20,000 nt of DNA. It comes from Folioceros fuciformis (Eukaryota). The stretch spans positions 79,775 to 99,774 of the forward strand of contig JBNGIO010006303.1 in NCBI GenBank assembly GCA_049999805.1, given 5' to 3'. The notes below the pieces were generated by a model that worked only from the letters and a program-made list of their open reading frames with translations, was not told the origin of the DNA and did not search any database. The position numbers and the translations under genes are program-made. Shown here in pieces: positions 11,401-20,000 of the stretch. How positions within the stretch are numbered: position 1 is the stretch's first letter; every line of letters begins with the position of its first letter.

Positions 11401-12055
11401 TCAGGTTTGCAGTTTACTTGTGAATAATGCGCGGGTTTACACTGACTACTTTCAGTATTACTTTCAGGGATGTTAGCTGAATTTCTTCCACGGTAATCGA
11501 ATATCTGATGCTGTGCCTCGTTGCAGACCATTATGATGTGAAGATGCCATGCCATCTAATACTGTCGAAGTTAGCAGACAAATGCGGTTCAGCAGTGCTG
11601 GCTGGCAAGTGTACAGTGTTTTATGATTTGCATCGCGAGTGATGAGCCAATTTGTAGGATTCTAAGTGATGTTATGTCTTGAACTGTGCAGTACTGGACC
11701 AGTTGGTTGACCCCCTGGAGAAGACCGTCACCAACAAGACAAAGGCTGATGCTGTGAAGCAAGAGGTGGATCGGAATGAAGACATGATTCGAAGTGCCCT
11801 CAGAGCGGTGGATTCTCTGAACCGCATAAGGTGTGTTCCTGGTGCTTCAAGCTGGATGACGGTAGAACTCTCATGTACCTTCGTCGATGGCCACTCATCA
11901 CACACTTCTGGTTGCAATCCAGTGGCGAAACCAGTCAAAAATTCAAGGCCTTCATGAGCAGCATCGTGAAGACTGGCGCACTCGGCGAAAAGTACAATGC
12001 AGTGCGGCAAGAAAGTGATACTTTGGTGGGTGGTGATCTCATGGACCTCAGCTGA
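5437..12055 (+). CDS. CAND1: Cullin-associated NEDD8-dissociated protein 1 (HEAT repeats). About 27 coding exons, approximately: 5437-5472, 5675-5844, 5969-6279 (spans N gap), 6407-6571, 6650-6779, 6895-7009, 7178-7338, 7432-7555, 7656-7706, 7788-7870, 7991-8078, 8161-8262, 8360-8458, 8603-8826, 8916-9056, 9149-9241, 9358-9479, 9570-9732, 9821-10063, 10181-10426, 10516-10701, 10791-10937, 11036-11152, 11236-11404, 11527-11604, 11692-11830, 11923-12055
   Basis: Spliced translation [29 protein letters not shown]..., [74 protein letters not shown]. These are hallmark CAND1/TIP120 segments, and GT(GC)-AG junctions keep the frame. Confidence 0.97.
6111..6210. other. Assembly gap (100 N) inside CAND1 exon 3, true size probably near zero
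   Basis: Flanks ...ATATCTAGT and AGTGGACC... join to give [20 protein letters not shown], colinear with plant CAND1 as recalled. Confidence 0.8.
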
Positions 12056-12863
12056 AGGTTGAAGTGCCTCTTACAGTTATTAAACGAGAAGAGAGCACAG
12101 CTTGATTTTCGTACGGTTTGTAGCCTCGGGTGCACTTCTGACGAGACCACGGCTCTGCGCGTTTCAGGGATAGAAGAGCGATGCATGGTGCCTGATGTGA
12201 ATGGAGTTGACCCAATTTCAGAAATCCAAGTTTTGCGGAAACATGGCTTGGGTATACTTATTGTGCCTGGGCAGACTGTTGAATGAGTTGATCGGAAGAG
12301 GTTTGCGACTGCGCCTGTCCTGATTCTTCCATGTCTGTCGCTGTTGCCTTCCTTAGCAAAAGAGTCTTGCTTCCTACTCCTTTCTCAAACGTTCTTATTC
12401 CTCGTGTTATTGCAATGTAGGCTACGCTTCCAGTGGCGAAGAGCACTTGACCGCACAGTGTGGGAACCCTGCGGTCTGCTTCTCGTGTAGTCTCTCCAAA
12501 GAACTGCTGGCTCAAGACCCGCCGTTAATCCTGGCTCTACGGCTCTGAAACAGTTATCGCCCTTAAGTTCGTTGCGGGCATCGCTAGTTCCCCGTGAAAC
12601 TTGGATGTATTACGATATGCCGTCTGGCGTCCGGCTTTTTCCTGCCGGGATTTTCTTTGGTTCCTACTTTCTAGCAAGATTCCCGGGGATTCCGAAAGCG
12701 TGTCTCACTTGTCCACTGTTGCCACTGTCTATTTCCCAGATAGTAGGTCCCTTCGCAGCCTTTGGGAGTTGTCTGTCGGGAGCTCACATACCAGCCGGCC
12801 AGCATCCATTCTGCTCCCAGCGTACACGGGAGGGAGCTGGGGAACACCCGCAGCGAACGAAGT

Positions 12864-15166
12864 ATGTTTGCCTCGAGATGCTGGTCTGCGAATTGCCTAA
12901 TCTTCCCTGGCCAGCAGTCGTCGGGTCATGGGTTCACAACTCAGTCTGGATCGTTCCGTGTCACATCGCGAAGAATCGGTGCTGCTCCGGGATTCAAAAT
13001 AGTTTGGCCATCTGGCCTAGAGCTGTTTGATCGGCGGCAGAGAGAGGGTCCCGGAGCAGCGACGGGATTTCGGTGCCGATTTGCGGGGAGAAATAGTTTC
13101 AGGAAGGGGAGCGTGGTTGCCGCAGGCAGCACACGAAAGAATGGTGGACTGTGTGACGGCGAAGATGGGCTCCCACTCCCAGGCTCTGACAACTCGGCTG
13201 AGCTTCCGTCCAAATCGAGTTCTGATAGCGAGCGATTGGAAGACTGTGCGCCGGTGGGCACGGTGCTGGGAGCCGTGGCCTTGATCACGGGGACGAGCGT
13301 GGGCGCAGGAATCCTGGCGCTTCCCGTCACAACTGGCCCAGCTGTAAGAATTGTAATCCGCATCCAACGGGGTGGGATCACTAAATGGGCTGGGATTGCC
13401 AAGTGGGGCTGGGATTGCCAAGTGTGGCTGACAGGTGGTCTGTGCAGGGCTTTGTTCCGTCGGCAGCCGTTCTGGGAGCGTGTTGGAGCTTTCTGTCCCT
13501 GCAAGCCATTCTGCTTGCCAAGGTGAATGTGGGCTTGATGCAGCGGCTGGAAAAATCGGGGTCGTTGAAAGATGCCCCGGTCATTTCTCTGCGTACCATG
13601 GCGGAGGAGACGTTGGGCCCTTGGGGAGGGAGTTTGGTTGCTGTCACGTACCTGTTTCTCACCTACACCTTGATGGTCGCTTACATCGTCAAGGCAGAGG
13701 AGGTGATGTCGTCCCTTTCGCACATACCAGAAGATGCAGCAGCTGTGGCTTTCACTATCGGGCTGGGGGGTGTTATTCTAGCCGGAGGAACCAAGGTTGC
13801 GGACTCGGTTAACCAGGTCTTCACTTTTGGATTGATAGGTGAGCACGCTCCTTAATCCATTCCTTCTGTAGAACATCACCTTCTGCACGCATGCTTCGGA
13901 CTGAACTTTTCGAGATGGCAAAGGTTCCTTTCTGGTTCTCGTTGTGGGAGGGGCTGCAATCGGGAATTGGGCGAACCTGGAGAGAATGGATTGGACGGCA
14001 GCTCCCAGAACGATTCCCGTAGTGTTTCTTGCGCTTGTTTACCACGACTTGATTCCGGGTCAGTCAGTCTCCTCTTCTGACACCTCCCTTCTTGTTGTCT
14101 GCCCACCGGTTTGCAAGCATTGGCAAGAGATTGCTGACAGTTTTTTTCCGCCGCAGTTTTGTGTTCGTACTTGGGTGGAGACATGAAACGGATTGAGCTG
14201 TCCTTGGTGCTGGGCAGTGCGCTACCTCTGGCCATGCTCCTCTCTTGGGACGCTGTTGCCCTCAGCCTTGCTTCAGTTTCTGGGACGGGGGACCCTCTCG
14301 ACGCTCTATTGAGGTACACTCTGAATGATGCTGGAGCTCATGCTATCCTCTTTCCAAACGTCAGTTTCCGCGTGGATATCGATGTTCATGCTGACTGATA
14401 AGCTTGTTGATGCTCAGGTCAAGCGAGTCCAGGCTAGGCTTCGGCTTCTTCGGGGCAGGTTCCATCGTCCAGATATTCGCTCTACTAGCAGTGGCCACAT
14501 CCTTCATCGGCAGCTACTTGGGATTATTTGAGTTCTTCGTGGAACAACTGGTGAAATGCAAGGATTGGATTGCAGATCGTGTGAAGAATTCTGTTCCAGA
14601 ATCCCCAGCCACCAAGGTGGGAAGTGGCATGCCTTTGCCTCAGGTCACCGGCTGGTTGTCGACTGTGGATAGCCTACGCCTGATCTCCTTTGCCCTAGTT
14701 CTGGCTCCTCCGTTGGCAATATCCGTGACCCTCCCTAATTCAGCCGAGTCCTTCCTCTCTGCGACTGATCTAGCTGTGAGACCTCGGCTGCCCTCTTTGC
14801 ACGTTGTGCGTCTTGTGAAGAAGAGAAAAATCTTGGCTTCTAACGCCTGTGCTCGTATGGTGGTATCCTGTACTGCAACTCTAGGGTGCCTATGGCATGA
14901 CAGTCATGTACGGGATATTCCCCCCTCTCATGGCATGGAGCTGGGTTCACAAGAACAACACTAGGGAAGAGACGGGCAGAGAGCTCGAAGACAAGCCCAC
15001 CTTGCTCGTAGGCAAGCCTGCCTTGGCGGGGTTAAGTGCGTGTGCTGCCGGGGTGATTTTGCTTCAGATAGTTGGGCACTCAGGGTACTTCGATGGAGGA
15101 GCTCCCCCAGAAATTATTCTGGCCGCCAGCAACGACATCACCGCCTTGTACCTGAGCTATCCCTGA
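12864..15166 (+). CDS. Tyrosine/tryptophan permease family (TyrP/HAAAP-like) transporter with a long N-terminal transit-peptide-like extension. Six exons, approximately 12864-13343, 13448-13838, 13924-14058, 14157-14312, 14418-14775, 14885-15166
   Basis: GAVALITGTSVGAGILALP, YLFLTYTLMVAYI, IPVVFLALVYHDLIP, GSALPL..LLSW, FALLAVATSFIG and GAYGMTVMYGIFPPLMAW motifs; many hydrophobic segments; S/R/G-rich N-terminus; GT-AG introns. The start codon is inferred as the first in-frame ATG. Confidence 0.88.
13387..13424. repeat. 19-bp tandem duplication in intron 1 of the permease gene
   Basis: GGGCTGGGATTGCCAAGTG twice. Confidence 0.9.
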
Positions 15167-15348
15167 TACGGAGCAGGCACCAGGCAGCAGACGGCAGACC
15201 GCAGAGCTGTTGTGTAACATAGGCCTGTCGACGTAGCTGTACAAAGGCCAATTAGATTGTGATTCTTTGTAAATAATTTGTTGTAATTGCATTCATGCCT
15301 TCTAGGAAGGCTGCGCTGTGGTGCTGCTTTCCGCCAGGTACAGTTTAG

Positions 15349-16835
<1,487 letters not shown>

Positions 16836-17561
16836 AACGCCACTTCATTCTCTCTCACTTCTGACGCATGCGTCTGACAATCTGCCCACTTTCGAGATTC
16901 TCTTTCCCAAGGCTTCAAATTTATGAGGAACTGTGTCGCGCTGAAGAACTCGCGCAAGCGAGGGACGACCTCGAAGTGCACACCTAATTGAATACTCATG
17001 GTGCTCTCAATTCGCCTAAGAAACAGGATGGTCTTACAGATCGAAATGCCCGCATTTATCGAAATACAGTGCTTATTCGTAGGGGTTCTCGGCCAGCGAG
17101 TGCACTCTAACTCCACTAGGCCCTGCAGGAAAAAGGAACGAAGTAACGGTGGTGACCACATCCCCAGACAAGAGATGTATGTTCTGCGAGGTGTCGCGCT
17201 TCGCGTCGGGGCGGACTTTCGTCCATTGTCCCTCTATGCTTTGCAGTTCCGCCTGGCAAGTCCGGACATGTGCGTGTGAAAGGCGCTTGAAGCGTGTGAC
17301 TTGCGTTGGAGAACCCCAAAATTGGAGCATTGCTCGCCCGAAGACTGTCGCCCAGTGGACGCCGTGAGCAAGCTGGGGGTCCCATCTGCAGGCATCCTTG
17401 AAGAAATCGTCAGTGAGGGAGGGTGAGCCCTCTTCTGCCAGTCAGGAAGTTTAGGGTATGGTGACAAAAAGTTTGAAGGTGTGTTTCATTCGAAGCGCCA
17501 GCCGCCAGGAAAGGAGTAGCAAAGTGATCGCCAGAGAGCAGTACTAGAAGACTGTGCGGAG

Positions 17562-18718
17562 ATGGATCAGAGCTTGATGATTGCCGCTAAACGGCAGCGG
17601 ACAGATGGTCCTCCTGGAGTATCTGATGTTCCTCCGGGCAAGGCTCTCGTTACCAGGGATGGAATCCGCCGAACATCCTCCTTGGACTCACCTATCATGC
17701 TGTTAACGGGTCACGGTGGTGCCGTTTTTACAATGAAGTTCAATCCGCAAGGCACCGTTGTGGCGTCAGGGTCTGTAGACAAGGAGATATTTCTTTGGAA
17801 CGTGCAAGGGGAGTGCGAGAACTTCATGGTGCTCAAGGTGAGGCTGGTTTCTGCTATGCCGTACGAGCTGGTTTTGAAAGTTGACTTTGGCGTGCTGAAG
17901 GCTGTGCTTGTGCTTGGGCTTGTGGTCGTCGTGTGAAGGGACACCGCAACGCCGTGTTGGAGCTGCAGTGGAACTCGGACGGTTCGCAGATTGTGTCTTG
18001 TAGCCCGGACAAGACTGTCAGGGTTTGGGATGCGGAGACCGGGAAGCAGGTGAAGAAGATGGCGGAACACTCGGGGTTTATAAACTCCTGCTGCCCTGTT
18101 CGGCGGGGCCCCCCCTTGGTCGTTTCGGGGTCGGATGACGGAACAGCCAAGTTGTGGGACATGCGGCACCGGGGGGCTTTGCAGACGCTCCCTGATAAGT
18201 ATCAGATTACGGCTGTAGCTTTTTCGGATGCAGCTGACAAGATATTCACGGGGGGAATCGACAACGATGTGAAAGTGTGGGATTTGAGGAAGAATGAGAC
18301 CATTATGAAGTTGCAGGGTCACACGGATACTGTAACTGGAATGTCGCTTAGCCCCGACGGTTCTTACCTACTAACCAATGCCATGGACTGCACTCTCAGG
18401 GTTTGGGACATGAGACCCTACGCTCCACAGAACCGAAATGTGAAGATTTTCACGGGGCATCAGCATAATTTTGAGAAAAACTTATTAAAATGTGCCTGGT
18501 CGCCGGATGGCAGTAAGGTGACTGCTGGCAGCTCCGACCGGATGGTGTATGTGTGGGACACGACTTCAAGGAGGATACTGTACAAGTTGCCAGGGCATAA
18601 TGGGTCGATGAATGAATCTGTGTTTCATCCAAAAGAGCCGATTATTGGATCTTGTGGTAGTGACAAGCAAATTTATCTCGGGGAGATAGATCCTACATTG
18701 GGGCCCTCTTTGCCCTAA
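17562..18718 (+). CDS. SNRNP40: U5 snRNP 40 kDa WD40-repeat protein. Exons 17562-17837 and 17939-18718 (~351 aa)
   Basis: RTSSLDSPIMLLTGH, ENFMVLK|GHRNAV, SGSDDGTAKLWDMR, VWDMRPYAPQNR, GHQHNFEKNLLKCAWS, ILYKLPGHNGSMNE..FHPKEPII, SDKQIYLGEI. Confidence 0.95.
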
Positions 18719-19692
18719 GCAACTTCACTATGTCGAGTGACGATAGGATGTGGTCCCACGTCAATGTGCTGTTAAGTAGAATGCACAGCCTCCTGGTAGA
18801 TTTTTCGACCTGTCCAGGCACTTGGGGGGAAATGGAACATGTGAGAGAGCGTCCGCAGAGAAATGTCTTGTGCCTGTTATGGCAGAGATTTTGTCGTGCC
18901 TATCCTGTTGTAGGTTTGCTTTGGTGTAGGCTGTTGAATTTGCAGGGGTTGAATGCTGGATCTATGAAGCAGATGTGAATCAAATACGGTGGACGGGTGT
19001 TTGGTTCACCAGCAGACAGTTTCACTATGTCGGGAGACGGTGTGGTGTGAAACAGATGTATATCGGGCTCGTCCACCGTTGGGCAGACAGCATTACCTTT
19101 CTATCCTGGTTGGAAACTGCCACTACGCTAGTTGGCTATCACCCGAACAGCTCATCAATCCATGCGAATCCTATGGTGTGGAGTCGGGGACGCTCCCTAG
19201 GTTCATGTTATGGTCGAAGAAACAGTTGACCTTCCACTTCGCTAGTCACTCCTGCATTTGGACCCAGTCTTAAGGACACCTGAACATGTTCGGCAGCAAT
19301 TATGAATGTGCAGTTAGGTTGGTGGATTTTCATGGATATCCTGCCATCTGCTTCATCATCTTGTGATTGCTGTGCTTTGTATCTTGTAACTGCCGCGCTT
19401 GTCCGTGGATGCGCTTGTTTCGGATGCTGTACGGTTTTGCAGACGTTGCTTTACTGTCCTTGCTCACGGAGACCGGTTCCTCGACGTTCAGTTGCTATCC
19501 TTGCGAGGGGCCGGTGGGGCTAAACAACACCCCCTAAGGCTCTGCTCTTGTCAGACGGAAAGAACATGAAACCGAGGGTCATGGGCTGCGTTGCAGAGGC
19601 CGCCGACGATACTCTCGTGAAGGTTCCACAAACACCGCTCCAGTAACGCCCCCTTCCGTACGCAGGGTAAAAAGGAAGCAACGGCCTCGAAG

Positions 19693-20000
19693 CTCCACTT
19701 ATAAATCACTCACTCCTTACAAATCACTCACTCCTTCTCACACCTCGAATCTCGTGATTCACTTCAAAGAACTCCATTTACAAATCACTCGCTCCTTCTC
19801 ATACCTCGAATCTCGTCACTCCACTTACAAATCACTCGCTCATACCTCGAATCTCGTCACTCCACTTACAAATCACTCGCTCCTTCTCATACCTCGAATC
19901 TCGTCACTCCACTTACAAATCACTCGCTCATACCTCGAATCTCGTCACTCCACTTACAAATCACTCGCTCCTTCTCATACCTCGAATCTCGTCACTCCAC
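19693..20000. repeat. Minisatellite with alternating 47-bp and 41-bp units (88-bp higher-order repeat), running off the window end
   Basis: CACTCCACTTACAAATCACTCGCTC[CTTCTC]ATACCTCGAATCTCGT. Long units at 19770, 19858, 19946; short units at 19817, 19905; degenerate copies at 19693-19769. Confidence 0.95.

Noticed and set aside
12572-13030. 152-aa + strand ORF upstream of or overlapping the permease start
   Set aside because: Non-ATG start, out of frame with the permease and no recognisable domain. It is probably chance in GC-rich promoter/UTR sequence.
12941-13723. 260-aa minus-strand ORF
   Set aside because: It is the antisense shadow of the GC-rich permease exons, crosses an intron and has no recognisable motif.
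16998-17467. Short Cys-containing ORFs between ZNF330 and SNRNP40 as a small gene or conserved uORF
   Set aside because: Several overlapping ORFs in GC-rich promoter/UTR sequence with no recognisable motif. This cannot be supported without conservation or ribosome-profiling data.
17711-18322. 203-aa minus-strand ORF
   Set aside because: Antisense shadow of the SNRNP40 coding sequence.
18730-19523. Small ORFs and a possible 3' UTR intron (~18841-18945) downstream of SNRNP40
   Set aside because: No recognisable protein similarity. A GT...TTTGCAG pair alone is too weak without transcript data.
19693-20000. CRISPR array or extensin-like coding repeat
   Set aside because: There are no unique spacers and the context is eukaryotic. 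Unit lengths of 47, 41 and 88 are not multiples of three, and there are no SPPPP motifs.

Overview
Eukaryotic, intron-containing genomic DNA from a compact, gene-dense plant genome. Introns of about 80-130 nt and the gene content suggest a non-seed land plant such as a bryophyte; this is inference. Bases 1-4650 are decayed mobile DNA: two co-oriented pieces of an L1-type LINE ORF2 (RT N-terminal half at ~790-1560; post-RT/zf-RVT-like part plus A-tail at ~3340-4646). Between them lies a pseudogenised beta-class N4-cytosine/N6-adenine DNA methyltransferase of prokaryotic type (~2100-2810), which the ORF track splits into fragments. Bases 5400-18720 hold four tightly packed + strand genes: CAND1 (27 coding exons, one GC-AG intron), a probably plastid-targeted TyrP-like aromatic amino acid permease, a ZNF330/NOA36 zinc-finger gene and the U5 snRNP 40 kDa WD40 gene (SNRNP40). 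The window ends in a minisatellite of alternating 47/41-bp units. There are two 100-N assembly gaps. The most notable signal is the bacterial-type amino-methyltransferase relic nested in the LINE debris. All family assignments come from manual translation and recalled motifs, not database searches.
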